64,000 bases of DNA from NCBI GenBank assembly GCA_965112155.1, contig OZ218100.1; one strand, 5' to 3'. Numbering within the stretch: the stretch's first letter is position 1; each line of letters begins with the position of its first letter. This document shows, one piece after another, positions 1-12,899 of the stretch. The translations under genes and the position numbers were made by a program. Below the pieces are notes generated by a model that saw nothing but the letters and a program-made list of their open reading frames with translations, searched no databases and was not told where the DNA came from. The DNA is from Podarcis liolepis. Taxonomy: Eukaryota.

Positions 1-67
1 ATCACTTTCTAGAAATGTAATAAAGTTGCAAGCAAAGATAACCATACCAACCGTTAAGTACCATGTC

Positions 68-203
68 CAGTGCTTTTTTTTCTGGGGGGACACAGAAAAA
101 ACATTTGTGAATCTAAGTTTGGCCTCACTGAGGGACAGTATTTCAATATGAGTAGGAAAATGAGAGTACCCCTAAACATTTTTTTAGAAAAAAAAAAACA
201 CTG
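68..203 (+). mobile_element. hAT-type MITE (CAGTGCTTTT ends)
   Basis: Ends CAGTGCTTTT.../...AAAACACTG; perfect 8-bp TSD ACCATGTC at 60-67 and 204-211; related to 3747-3931 in opposite orientation. Confidence 0.85.
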
Positions 204-1817
204 ACCATGTCTGCACATAAAAGAAGAATACCACAAAAGCTGTGTGGAGATTAGTGCTTTGCAGAAACCTTCCCTCTGGTTTCTCAAATGTTTTCTTCCT
301 CTGTGAAAAAGGCTTCTGTTTTTCTGCCTCTTTCTGGGGGCACTTTATAATTTTGATGGGTGCAGGATCGAGCTTACCTTACTGTTGAGAAGTGTCTATG
401 GGTGGTGTGGCTGTTTTATTTTCTGTTAAACATTCCCCCAGCACTCAGCAGCCTCCCTAGCTGCCTGCACTCCCTGGTATGAAAAAAAAAAAGTCCCATG
501 GGAGGAGTTAACATCATGATTTATTTAAGTGAAGCACAGGCTGTAGCTTGCTAAGAGTGCTGGGAATCTTAGCTCTGTGAGGTATAAACTACAGTTCCCA
601 GAATTCTTAAGAGGAAGCACAATGTATGGCACAGGCGTGACCTTTATTAACACACACACACACACACACACAAATCCTTTGCTTTTTTGAAGTGAATTTG
701 ATGTGCTGTGCAGGGTGACAAATTTCTGGCATACACTTGAATCCACGCTGCAAAATACTTTTGCACACCATCCTAATCTCGAAGCAGTGTGCGATTCCAA
801 GAGTTTCAGGCGCTTACCCAGGGTTCATGTTTCCTTTTGGAATGAGGTACAATGATGTCTTCATGATATACAGTTTATTTACACACACACAAATATATAT
901 GCAATCTAATCTTACGATAGGGGGTTCACAGCATCAACACTATGTTTCTCCCATAATGGTAGCCTCGGATTCAAACTGAAATCAGACATTGCTTTCATTC
1001 TCTCTCCTGTTCACTACTTTTACTTCTAGGTCACATCACTGCTACCCTGACTTCGTCTTCCTAACTAACTGCAAACTGAGGGAGTGGTCCCACCCAACTT
1101 TGCCCCCTCCCAAGGCAACCCTACTGGCTTATAGATTAACACTTGCTGGATCCAGGGGCTAGAAGGGTCTGAGCATAAAGCCTATTTCCTTTCCCTGCCC
1201 ACCCCCCAAAAATTCATAATAATACTGACAGTCTGGAGGCAACCTAAGATAGTCTCAAGGCAACTTACAGAAAATAAACAGGCAAAATATAAAGCAAAGC
1301 AACAGAAACAATGCAACATTAAAAACCATCCCTTCCAAGAAATACCTATAATATCTCAACCCAGACTCCAGTCAACAATGCCCAACAGAAAAGTAGTTTG
1401 AAAACACCTATATACTTGGCAGCTGTGGGTTACCTCAGATATAGTAATCTTCAGTCCAGAAATGGAGGCTATTGGCAAATAATGGTACAAAAAAAAAATA
1501 CACCTGCTGTTTTTTCTTGTTTGCTGGTTCCTGCTAAATTTAATATTTTTAATAAATGCCATTTTATATGCTTCTTTCTTCACCTGACTAGTAATAAGCA
1601 GTAAACAACAAAGAAGAAACCAGTATCTTAGAATATCCTTCTGTATTTTTGAACAACTTTTTGACAGTTTTGTAGCCAAAATATGTTTGTATCTTGTGGG
1701 GAGAAATGCACATTATGCTATTGTCACTGTAAGCAACAGAAATAAATTAAAGGTAATTTCCACTTTTAAAGTCCTGTTTCTATGGAAATATGAGTAACTG
1801 CCATTACTGCAGAGCTT

Positions 1818-1831
1818 GTTACCATGGTTAT
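1818..1831. promoter_or_regulatory. Candidate RFX X-box
   Basis: GTTACCATGGTTAT is close to the palindromic X-box GTTRCCATGGYAAC and lies in a TE-free stretch; motif match only. Confidence 0.3.
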
Positions 1832-2101
1832 GTCAAGTAATTCCAGGGTATTAATGCCCTTCAACCTAAAGTGATAATTTCCCCCCAACTTGCCATTCAA
1901 TGAAATCTTACCTCAGAGCTCCCCAGCAGACATGTGGGAAAGGAAAAGGTGCGTGGAGACGCTGTAGACTATTCTGAGCACAGTTTGGAATTCTCTTTTT
2001 CCCTTTGGACTCATCCGCAAAACACACAGACAAGCGTGCAGAGCTGAAAACTTGCAGATGCTGAAATTCAGTAGGCAGAATAACATTGCTTATGCTGTTC
2101 T

Positions 2102-2104
<3 letters not shown>

Positions 2105-2146
<42 letters not shown>
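2105..2146. repeat. (AT)n microsatellite
   Basis: Pure AT dinucleotide run. Confidence 0.98.
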
Positions 2147-2149
<3 letters not shown>

Positions 2150-3746
2150 GGGGGCAGCTATAGTCATTCAAACTTAAAAAGGAATTGCAACCTTCACATC
2201 CTTGTGGAAAATATCTGTGTAGGTTTTAATGTTCACTACTCACCTGCTGAACTGCTGCCATTTCAAACAGGATTCTGGCCAATACGATTTATCACCTCAG
2301 CACAATTTCCTTTGGGAAATTTCCTTTGTGAATTTATTCATTTTTAAGTGTATGTACTGTTTTTCCTAAACAGGTTCACAAAGCTGCTGTGCTCACACTT
2401 TAAGAGCTGACAATATTTGGGAGGAATTTCTGGGTGCTCTACTGGAACAGCTACTGACATTCTTATAGCTAGGGATGCTTTGAAGATTGCAAATAATATG
2501 CTCCACAGATGAGATTTGCCTGATCTGCCTTCTACCCTAAATTGCCACAATCCGACTCCATAAATTGTTTGGTACGAAGTATCTTAAGTATAGGGAGTTT
2601 TGTTTCTAAACGTGCCACAGCACTAGCATCTCTCCTTTTATAGATCACAAGCAGCCTTGTACCCAATGTTGATCAGAAATTCTAAGAAACCAAAAAACTC
2701 CCGATAATTCAGCCTAGATAGATAGTTGATAAATAGAAGATAGACAGAAGTGACACATGGGTATTAACTGAAATGCACTGTCTCTACAAAGACAATTCAT
2801 GCTCTCTTAAAGCAGGAATATTGTGTTTGGTTACTATTTGGTCACCCTACTGGAAAAAGTTCAGTGACAGGAAGTGGGAGTTTCTTTTGTATTCTGTAAC
2901 CTTTTTCTTTCAACAGATTTCAAGAAGAACATGCTGGTAACATTAACTATATCCCATGTGACCTTTATGCCTATTACAGTATTTTTCATAAAGGACATGC
3001 CTTTTCCCTTTTTGGTTTATAAATCAATCCTTGAGTATAACTGCTATCTGAAAAATGTTAACAATTAAACAATAATTCAGAGATTTTGAATTTAAGTACC
3101 CTCTGTGTGAGCAGATTAAGAGAATATTGTCTACGTAATTCAGGAGAAAACCAATTAAGCCTGCTATATAATGAGCAATGATGCTCTCTCACATCTGCCA
3201 GCAAAACCAATCAACATAATCTATTACAGAGTGATGTGCTTTCTATTTTGTGTATTACAGGGATGATTCAGCACTATAAATTATATAACTATAATCAACA
3301 TTTGTTAATATGATAAAAAGGACACCGTTCTCCTTAGACCCAGAATCACACTGAATATGAGCCCAAAACAGGATCTTTAATTCCGAATTTATCAACTGCA
3401 CAGTTCAATTTGTTCTGCTTCAAAAGTCCAATGCTGACAAGATTCCAAAATGTAGGGACTGAGCACATCACGACTCCTCCAGCAGTGTAAGAATCAGGCC
3501 TGGGATGGAGAACTCTAGAAGGAGATAAGGAGGAATGGGGAGGTGAAACTTAAACAGATAGAAACCCTACCCACTGCCCTCACCAATCCCACCTGGCTCT
3601 AGTATAGAAATGGGACTTCACCTCTCCTGAGGGGGGCGGTGCAGAGCCTCAGTCTAGAGTGACTGAGCAGGATTCAGAGAGACAGATCAAGTGCTCTCTC
3701 CCAGGACCAGACACTGCCTCAGGAGAAGGGAACAGATGCCCCCACC

Positions 3747-3931
3747 CAGTGCTTTTAATAACATTTAATAAAAAATGTTTAGGGGTACTCTCATTTTGAC
3801 TCAAGAAAATCACCATTTCATAGTTCAAATCGAGAAAAATAAATACAGTAAATGGACAAAAGTACAAAGATTCACAAAATATTTGGGGGTATGCGTATGC
3901 CTGTGTCCCCCCCCCCAGAAGAGAAGCACTG
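3747..3931 (-). mobile_element. hAT-type MITE, same family as 68-203
   Basis: Ends CAGTGCTT.../...AAGCACTG; perfect 8-bp TSD CCCCCACC at 3739-3746 and 3932-3939; internal TGTTTAGGGGTACTCTCATTTT is the reverse complement of sequence in 68-203. Confidence 0.85.
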
Positions 3932-5739
3932 CCCCCACCTAGACGCAGTGCCCACTTGCAGGTTAGCCACTGACGCAGGGATCAAACCTCTCTCACCTGC
4001 TGCGAAACAGTATATTTAAATTTGTGATATCATGGAAAAAGTAAAGATGCCTGCATACCAAGGACCAGGAGACACCTGAACTACAGCCAGGGACAGCTCA
4101 AATAGGGTAGAAGAGATCCATTCTGCTCAACTTATTATGTATATTCACCCTCTCACCACAAGGCTTTGAAGAGCCCATTCTGCTTGCTTGAGGCCTATTC
4201 CAACCTTACTCAGAAGATACGTGCACAGCCTTCATTTGCATGCCTGTTTATCGGTTGGTCCCTCTAAAGCAAAGCTAAATTCACTGACATCAAAGCAAAT
4301 CTAGGCCGACTTGTGCTTTTGATATTGCCTGACATCCTGATCTTAAACATATCTACTCGGAGTTGGTGTAGTGCAGTAGTTGGGGGATGAATCTGAATGA
4401 ATGTGGCAGGCCAAGGTCGGTTGGCCTTGAGCAAGTTACTGTCACATCGACTAGCCTGCTTCAAAGAGTTGTTATACAATGACATAATGAGCATAGGATA
4501 TTGTTACCTGCCTGAAGGCCTTAGAATAAGGAAGAAAAGATACCCAAATAAGTAAAGGCCTAGTAATTTCATTCCAAAAAGGCTTGCACCAAGGAACATC
4601 CCAAAGGATCGTCCATTTAACCAGGGCTTTTTTTCAGGAGAAGGTTGCCAAAAAATAAAATTAAAAAATGAAGAGGAGGAAGAAGAAGATGGAGCTAAAT
4701 TCATTTAGCATGGTATTGCATGCTGAAAACTGTTGTATATTCTGAATTGATTTAATACCTCATGCTGAGTGCTGAAACCAAATAAATAGAATTGGGAATG
4801 ATTTATATCTCCAACCAGGCAAGTATCCCATAGCTTGTGTCAAGAAGCAGAATTGTCCAAATTTTTAACACATTACCATGCTGCTGCCAACCTGCTCTGT
4901 TGCAACCTGGTTATGGCACTAGCTTCAGTATTTCCAAATTGGCTTATATTTAAGGATGTCACCTTACATTATAGACTGAATTGTTCCACTGCCACAGGTT
5001 CAACTCCTGACCTCACCTAGCACTGTAAACCCAAGTTTAGAGTCAATTGGCCACAGCAATATGATCAAGATTTTACTGTTGCTTCACACTTCCACTTAGA
5101 TTATATTTTGATAATTGGATTCCCATCTGCATCATAACATGAGAGAAATAATGAAGTCACTGAGTGAAGAAGAGCTGCTTACTTTTCACTGAAGTTTGCA
5201 AATCCTGTTCACTATATATCGCCATCATTAGAATTTGAAAAGAACCTGGGGGTCAGCTTATACGCCATATATATATTTGCATTGGCATCTACTGCATAAC
5301 TGCCATCTCTGTGCATTCGTACTCCTGGCAGTAATTTGCTCACTGTATTTGGCACTATCAGTGCATTTTATGCACTTCCAGAATGCACCATTTTTAAGAC
5401 AAATTGGATGGATTTGATTAAAAAAACAAAAACTCAACGTCTGCCAAGTGGCAAGCTCATGAAGAATGCCTTTGAGAATGGATCTTGGGCATTGCTGTTG
5501 AAACAATTCATCCCAATAATTATGACATCGTCCTCACCTAACACAGTGTCACCACACCTGCCCCACCATGACCACTGAAATATTATTAAAGGTGATGCTC
5601 AAATAATGCTGCATTCATGTTTTATTCTAAGAGTTATGATAACAGAGTTTTGCATGGTTTTAGTTGGTTTTAACTGGTACTGCTGCTCTTGTCGAATGCT
5701 CTAAATTCTTTTCTAAAACAGACAGGCCATCAGCTTGAA

Positions 5740-6094
5740 TCCTAAACTGCCTCGTACCTATATACCTGTCTCCACCCCCAGTGTTCAGTCCAGACACTGA
5801 GATCCAGCACTGAAGGCCTTCTGGCAGTTCCCACACTGCAAGTAGTGAAGCTACAGGGAACCAGGCAGAGGACCTTCTTGGTAGTGGTGCCCACCCTATA
5901 GAATGCCCTCCCATCAGATGTCAAAGAAATAAACAACTATTTGACTTTTAGAAAATATCTGAAGGCAGCTCTGTTTAGGGAAGCCTTTTAATGTGTAATG
6001 TTTTATTTTGTTTTTACCTATGTTGGAAACCGCCCAGAGTGGTTGGGGCAACCCAGTCAGATAGGGGGGTACTACTACTACTATTACTACTATT
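5740..6094 (+). mobile_element. L2-clade LINE, 5'-truncated 3' end with (TAC/TAT)n tail
   Basis: Degenerate L2 ORF2 C-terminus (LQGTRQRTFLVVVPTL*NALP), 3' UTR and simple-repeat tail; related copies at 19570-19832 and 39640-39885. Confidence 0.8.
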
Positions 6095-6104
6095 CAGCAT
6101 ATTA

Positions 6105-6511
6105 CAGTGGTGCCTCGCAAGATGAAATTAGTTCGTTCCGCAAGTTTTTTCTTCTTGCGAGGGGCGGCGGGGAGAAGATCGCTTCTCCCCGTTGCCGCCC
6201 CTTGGTTCAAAAGGGGTCCGGGGAGAGAGGGGAAGGCGTGCGCGCCTTCCCCTCTGTCCCCGGAGATTGCGGGGCTGGCAACGGGGAGAAGCGATCTTCT
6301 CCCCGCCGCCCCTTGCTTCAAAAGAGGTCCGGGGACAGCGGGGAAGATGCGCTGCGCTTCCCCACTATCCCTGGAGCTTGCGGGGCAAGCTTCGTTTTGC
6401 GAAGCAAGCCCATAGGGAAATGCGTCTTGCGAAGCGGCTAAGAAAACGAAAAACTCCTTCGTCTAGCGAGTTTTTCATCTTCCGAGGCATTTGTCTTGCG
6501 GGGTACCACTG
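6105..6511 (+). mobile_element. Tc1/mariner (Tigger/pogo-like) MITE with GC-rich hairpin core
   Basis: TIR CAGTGGTGCCTCGCAAGA / TCTTGCGGGGTACCACTG; TA TSD at 6103-6104 and 6512-6513. Confidence 0.9.
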
Positions 6512-8044
6512 TAATGTGAGCATTAGTTTTGACACGAAGAGTTATTCATTCTGAGGGAGGTTTTCCTCTGTATATTTTTTGTTGAATGTTTCTCAGAACC
6601 AAGAAAGACAAAACCTCTCTGTTTCTTTTTCCTCAGATTATACACTGTGTTTTGTTACGTTTTCTCATTACGGTGTTATTGCGATTTGCCTTCTCTCTGG
6701 ACTCTGCTTGCATTGTTTAAGTGACTTTGCTAACAGTAAATAATATCATAGAACTTTACAATGCCTTGGAAAAATGAATTGCTGCTTATTTGTACATTAA
6801 ATACCTCAGTGCAATGAACTTCTTATGAGGTCTAGTTCTCTCACCTGCAGAATGCAATCTATAGCATTATCATCAACATTATAAGACAAGCTGTGATGAA
6901 ACATACATGCAACCAGAGGCAGGAACGGACATGCAAAGAGTACAAACAAAATATTATGGAGCTCTGGTAAAATGTTTCATGCACCCACATTTGTCACTGA
7001 CTTCCCATTGCCAGCAAAACAGCAGTGGGAGTTTAGCAGGGCAGCGGGGGGCAGGGCTTTAAACCTATTTAATGGATGCATAAAATTAGTACTACAACTT
7101 CAAACCGGGGCTGATGATTCACCCTAGCAGCATGGGGTGGGGGGAACTGTGCAAGGAAAAATGTGTTTATATAAAAATATGAATCAACATTTCACGTCAC
7201 ATATCTGAAACACATAGGAATGTGTTGCAGTTAGCAGCTGATGCAAGGAGATTAATTTTCAGCTGCACTATTCAGTTCGCCTTAAGTGAATGTATTAGTA
7301 TGTAATTGTATGAATGCCTATTGACAAATGACTGATTCTTTGTGGTCTTGCTGAATAGGGAAGTCTGTCATAACAAATTGCTACTGTTAAGGAACAGGAA
7401 CATAGAAAGGACTGATACAGAGAACTCCACTGATTCTTGGCCAACACTTCACACAACAGTGGCAAGTCATTATTGTTTTCCTCAGTATTTTCAGTTGCCT
7501 CATCCATCAGAAGGAATTCTTTTGGCATTCATGTGGGCATAATGTGTATTGCCACAGGAATTGTGTTCTAATTTAGAATTAACATCAATTAGTACCCATT
7601 TGTTGTGAAGAACTTTTGATTTATGTGTACCATTGCACTGCAGAGATGAGCATAAATACTGCTGTCTGTGGCATGAGAAACTATCCCATGATCCACAGCC
7701 ACCGCCAAAGATTTTATTTAATTTTTTACTCCATGAAAGAGAGACAGATTTAAGGTCAGTTTCAAGAACCTACATGCTGTAAAAATGACATTTTCTTCTG
7801 GATTTCATGTGCTAATCATAAGGATTTGTCCAAGTTACTGTGACAGAAATGATGGAAACCCTTACAGATTGTAGATAAGAATGAGGTATTCTGTTCTCAA
7901 CCTTGAACCCTCCACTCCCTTTAATAATTCTTCTTTTTTGCCAGTGATGAAATCAAATCCAAAAAAATAAAGGAGTGATATATTAATATTTGTAGAAGAT
8001 GGAGAGTATTTCCAAGAAAGTGTGGCGTATTGAGATCATAAAAC

Positions 8045-8400
8045 CACCACTCCCCAGACCCTGCAGTCAACATCTGAGGCCCTTCTTTGTGTGCCTCCTC
8101 CATCAGATGTCCAGAGGGTGTCAACATGAAAATGGGCATCTTCTGTGATGGCTCCCCATTTGTGGAATGCTCTCTCCCCAGGGAGGCTCACTTGGCACCT
8201 TCATTCTATATCTTTAGCGCTAATAGCGCTAATCCGCTAATCCACTAATCCGTCAATGGGCTTGCTTCACAAGACGAAAAAACCGCTAAATGAAGAGAAT
8301 CACAGAACGGATTCTTTTCATCTTGCGAGGCACCACTGTACATTTTTACGGTACTATAAATAATAATAATAGTAGTAGTAGTAGTAGTAGTAGTAATAGT
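8045..8400 (+). mobile_element. L2 3' fragment interrupted by a half MITE, ending in (TAA)/(TAG)n tail
   Basis: TTCTGTGATGGCTCCCCATTTGTGGAATGCTCTC (FSVMAPHLWNAL) is an L2 C-terminal motif; simple-repeat tail near 8358-8400. Confidence 0.65.
8214..8338 (-). mobile_element. Truncated mariner-type MITE (family of 6105 and 23950)
   Basis: Single TIR TCTTGCGAGGCACCACTG followed by TA at 8339-8340; GCTAATCC tandem units; other end missing. Confidence 0.8.
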
Positions 8401-8923
8401 AAAAGTAAAAATTGTTTAAACTACAAGTTACTGCGCCATAGCAGGCCTTTCGCCTGCCCAAGATACTCAGAGCAGAAGAAACAGAAAATTGATGTGCAGT
8501 TAAATGGTTATATTTGGTATCTTCCCACATGGTTAGCTCTGGAGCAAAGGAAATGCTTAAACAAGATAAAGTTAATTGACTGGGGTAAATTATGCTGACT
8601 TAGCAAAGAGATTTTACAAGGTTCACACATTTTCTGGACTTAGGCTGCTCTCCCTCCCTCTCCCTCCCTCCCTCTCTCTCTCTCCCTCCAGCTTCCGTTG
8701 CATTTCTAAGGAGTCATGAATGAAACACAAACTTTCACCAAACTGCTGGTAATTTTGCAAAAATGTGTTTCTGTTTCAGCTTCAAAGATAATGCAGTGGC
8801 CCTTGAGGTGACTTCCCTGACAACAAACTTCCAATTATCACTTTTTCCAAGGGATACATTATACCTCTGTATTTAGCATTCTCCCCTCTCCTTGCGCAAC
8901 AGAAAGAAAGAAGATTTACACTA

Positions 8924-9165
8924 CAGTGGTACCTCTGGTTATGAACTTAATTCGTTCTGGAGGTCGATTCTTAACCTAAAACCATTCTTAACCTGAGCTA
9001 CTACTTTAGCTAATGGGGCCTCCCACTGCTGCCACACAGCTACCTCGCGATTTATGTTCTCATCCTAAGGTAAAGTTCTTAACCCGAGTTACTACTTCCA
9101 GGTTAGCGGAGTCTGTAACCTGAAGTGTTTGTAACCCGAGGTGTTTGTAACCTGAGGTAACACTG
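8924..9165 (+). mobile_element. Tc1/mariner-type MITE (CAGTGGTACCTC-GGTTA family)
   Basis: TIR CAGTGGTACCTC / GAGGTAACACTG; TA TSD; similar to 9412-9653 and 26628-26853. Confidence 0.9.
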
Positions 9166-9249
9166 TACTGTTGTTTCTCCAACCTGCAGTTCTTTTATGT
9201 TCATAGTTCTTTCAAGGTTTGTTCCCTGTATTACACCAATTCTGTCAAA

Positions 9250-9410
9250 TGGAGATGTTGGCACCCATCTGTCTCAGGAGTCAATGGAAGAGTGCACCAT
9301 TACGGGGTGAAGTCAAACAGTTGAAAGGTTACAGTGTTGCTGTGAATTTAGAGACCGATACAGAAGAGATATGTTTTGTTGCAGCTGGGGCAGCTGAAGG
9401 CATTTGGTGT
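9250..9410 (-). mobile_element. RTE-clade 3'-end fragment
   Basis: TGTTGGCACCCATCTGTCTCAGGAGTCAATGG...GGGGTGAAGTCAAAC is reverse-complementary to 60660-60720, an RTE-like terminus. Confidence 0.55.
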
Positions 9411-9411
9411 A

Positions 9412-9653
9412 CAGTGGTACCTCAGGTTAAGTACTTAATTCATTCCAGAGGTCCGTTCTTAACCTGAAACTGTTCTTAACCTGAAGCACCACTTTAGCTA
9501 ATGGGGCCTCCTGCTGCTCCCGCACTGCCGGAGCCCTATTTCTGTTCTTATCCTGAAGCAAAGTTCTTAACCTGAAGCACTATTTCTGGGTTAGCGGAGT
9601 GTGTAACCTGAAGTGTATGTAATCTGAAGCGTATGTAACCCGAGGTACCACTG
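9412..9653 (+). mobile_element. Tc1/mariner-type MITE (CAGTGGTACCTC-GGTTA family)
   Basis: TIR CAGTGGTACCTC / GAGGTACCACTG; TA TSD at 9410-9411 and 9654-9655. Confidence 0.92.
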
Positions 9654-9959
9654 TACAGTACTGCTGCAGATGCACCATGGTGTTTATTCAGTTTGCAGTC
9701 CTCTTAGTGGTCATTCCTCCTCTGGTCACTGCTATAGATGCATGACCTGATTGCCTGTCTCCAGGCACTGTGATCTATGTAAGGGATTCCCACACAGCGG
9801 GGAAGATGTTGTAAAATGTAGTCTCACATATCAATCCCACTGAAATCTAGCTGTACAGGGGAGGTGTGCAACTGCCAAATTAGGGTGTTGCTGAAGTGTG
9901 AAAATAGAGAATGCAGGGCAACTTCTCTGCATGCAAAATTACCATGTGCTTTCCTGAAG

Positions 9960-10456
9960 GTAAGGGTGGACAGTCCATTTCAGTTTCTTCAATCTTAAAT
10001 TCAGTTCTCCACATTTCTGCAGCAATTGGCATTCTTAAAAAATACTCACTCAAAGCAGCATTTAGTAAAAAATTATCCTTACACATTTCTGTATGAAATT
10101 TACATCCCTTTGTCCCAAAGGAGCCTAAGGCAGCGAACATATCAGTAATATGAAACATTTTGAATGGTATTTTTAGAACAGTTTAGAACATTCTAAAAAT
10201 GTTTAACCAGTGACTCTGGGGTTGCTGGAATGGTATCCTCCAGCCATTCTTGGATAAACAGGAACGTTTGAAATTTCCTCCTAAGAGTCAGTAATGACTG
10301 ATATACATTACTGGACTGGAGAACTGCATTGCAAAAATTCAGAAAACTCCAAATTTTGAAGGATGGTTGTGTTTTGATTCTCAAATTGTTTTGGAAAGTA
10401 TGAATAAGGTAAGTTTGCCTTTAAATTCAAACTGCACCACATTTGTCACCCACCCC
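9960..10456 (-). mobile_element. Old non-autonomous DNA-transposon-like repeat, same family as 40437-41113
   Basis: ~10300-10365 (TACATTACTGGACTGGAGAACTGC...AAATTTTGAAGGA) is reverse-complementary to ~40530-40592. Confidence 0.55.
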
Positions 10457-10981
10457 GACCTGCACGTCTGCGCTCTGTGAAATGGTATTATGGCAGGAAA
10501 GTATCTTATTTTCATGTGTATAGAAAAAGATATTCAGAGTTGCAGTCACTAGTTTGAAGTAAGTGAAACTTCTGACCCAGAATGTGGCTATGATTTCTGG
10601 AGCATTGCCCCATTTCTCCCCATAACTCTTTGCAGTCTTCCTTTTTATCTAGTTTCCAGAAAATAAAAGTGAAATAGACTAGTGGTAGAGCTCCAAATGG
10701 TGGAACCAATTCTTTTAATGTAGATTTGTATTGTTCTATATATATAATAGTTTAATTACTTTTTAACTATTATATTTTATATGTTTTAATATTGATATGT
10801 TTTATTCATGTTTGCTTTAATTTTTGTGAGCCACCTTCAGTCCCAGTTCTAGGGAAAATGTGGGACATTATTAATGTATTAATAATATCCTTACATTATT
10901 TCCTAATAAATAAATATTCCATCTGATGCTGTTTTCTCATGAGTTAAATTCAAGCAAATGGTAAGACCCAATAGACCAGAC

Positions 10982-11242
10982 CAGGGGTCAGCAAACATCT
11001 TCAGCAGAGGGCCAGTCCACTGCCCCTCAGACCTTGTGGGAGGCCAGACTATATTATATATTTTATTTTATTTAAAAAATGAACTAATTCCTAAACCCCA
11101 CAAATAACCCAGAGATGCATTTTAAATAAAAGCACACATTCTACTCATGTAAAAACATGCTGATTCCTGGACCATCTGTGGGCCAGATTTAGAAGGCGAT
11201 TGGGCCGGATCCGGGCCCCGGGCCTTAGTTTGCCTACCCATG
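10982..11242 (+). mobile_element. hAT MITE (CAGGGGTCAGCAAAC family)
   Basis: Imperfect TIR CAGGGGTCAGCAAAC / GTTTGCCTACCCATG; 8-bp TSD GACCAGAC at 10974-10981 and 11243-11250; sister copy at 56140-56391. Confidence 0.92.
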
Positions 11243-11329
11243 GACCAGACCATTAGCACCTCTTCTACACTCCTAGACATTTTTTTTAAAAAATGTTCTT
11301 GGCTTTATTAACTGTTTTTAAAGAGTTTA

Positions 11330-11585
11330 GAGAGCCAGTGTGGTGTAGTGGTTAAGAGCGGTAGTCACGTAATCTGGGGAACCGGGTTCGCGTCTCCGCT
11401 CCTCCACCTGCAGCTGCTGGGTGACCTTGGGCCAGTCACACTTCTTTGAAGTCTCTCAGCCCCACTCACCTCACAGAGTGTTTGTTGTGGGGGAGGAAGG
11501 GAAAGGAGAATGTTAGCCGCTTTGAGACTCCTTAAAGGGAGTGAAAGGCGGGATATCAAATCCAAACTCTTCTTCTTCTTCTTCT
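11330..11585 (+). mobile_element. Squam3/POMSINE-like tRNA-derived SINE, young
   Basis: Box A TGGTGTAGTGG, box-B-like GGTTCGCGTC, (CTT)n tail; near-identical to 12324-12578 and 51930-52161. Confidence 0.9.
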
Positions 11586-11657
11586 CTGATTCCTCTCTGC
11601 TAATCCTATTAATGCTCCGTGATTTTTCCATTTTAACTAACAATGGACATTATGATC

Positions 11658-11717
11658 AGAAGAAGAAGAAGAAGAAGAAGAAGAAGAAGAAGAAGAAGAA
11701 GAAGAAGAAGAAGAAGA
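11658..11717. repeat. (GAA)n microsatellite
   Basis: Pure GAA run; explains the poly-K ORF 11510-11845. Confidence 0.98.
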
Positions 11718-12323
11718 TAAACATTCCAAAATGTTCAGTTCATTTTTTTAAGGCAGAAGTGAAACTTATAAAGGCTTGTTCCGATAACTTGGAAAGGTTT
11801 TGGCCTAGAGGAACAATTTTAATATTGAAACGGCAGCTACACTGATTCATGCATAATTTCCCTATACTTTAAAGGGAGCACAATCTTCAACAGACAAGCA
11901 GCACCTTACTGCAGAACCTAAGGCCCTTTTTTAAATTTAAGGAGAAAATGGCCTATTTATGCCCTTGGTTCCCATCGCCAGTCAGCCATTTTACATATCA
12001 CTTGACAGGAGAACTATTTTAGGTTAATTTCTACTTCTGTAAGCCAATTGATAACCCCACAGTTATCCGTTTCTTTAAAAAAAACACAAAAAACCACCCC
12101 ACTTCTGCTCTTCAGTTTTGGATTATGTCCCTATTGTCAACATTGTTCTCAGAAAATACTTCATTATCAGAATTAGTATTTATAAAAATAAAGGAATATG
12201 GTTTTATTCTCAAAAATGGCAGGTTCCCCTCAACTCAGGGATAGTTAGAGGGTCAAAGCCTGAGTTCAGAGTTGAGTTATGTGAACCAGAAGCTGGAAGA
12301 AAACTGCACGCTGGATTCTGTTT

Positions 12324-12578
12324 GAGAGCCAGCGTGGTGTAGTGGTTAAGAGCGGTAGTCACGTAATCTGGGGAACCGGGTTCGCGTTTCCGCTCCTCCA
12401 CATGCAGCTGCTGGGTGACCTTGGGCCAGTCACACTTCTCTGAAGTCTCTCAGCCCCACTCACCTCACAGAGTGTTTGTTGTGGGGGAGGAAGGGAAAGG
12501 AGAATGTTAGTGGCTTTGAGACTCCTGAAGGGGAGTGAAAGGCGGGATATCAAATTCAAACTCTTCTTCTTCTTCTTC
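12324..12578 (+). mobile_element. Squam3/POMSINE-like SINE with TSD
   Basis: Same structure as 11330; TTCTGTTTGA duplicated at 12316-12325 and 12576-12585. Confidence 0.92.
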
Positions 12579-12899
12579 TGTTTGAATCCAAGGCTGCAGA
12601 TTTGAGACAAACAAGACCCTCTTGGGGTGTCAATGCTGTGAACCCCTTCATTGTAGGCTCAGGTTGTATATACATATATCCTGAAGACACCACAGCCTCC
12701 ACTTTCAAAAGAAAAAATGAACATTGAGTAAGCACATGGAAGCCCTGGAATCTCAGAGATTGAGGTGGCGTGCAACAATATTCAAACATAATTAGCCAAG
12801 TATCCAAACAACTTCCAAGGTTGACAAACCAATAAAAGCCTAAAAACTGTACACAGGTATCAGAATGGTTTCTTCCTGGTAAAGCAAGTTCCACACTTT

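Noticed and set aside
8924-9653. Two same-family MITEs as a composite transposon around an RTE fragment
   Set aside because: Each has its own TA TSD and they differ in sequence; TA gives no evidence of joint movement.
11330-11410. tRNA gene-like A and B boxes (also 12324, 20700-20774, 22855, 51930)
   Set aside because: These are SINE heads with SINE bodies and tails; no complete cloverleaf.
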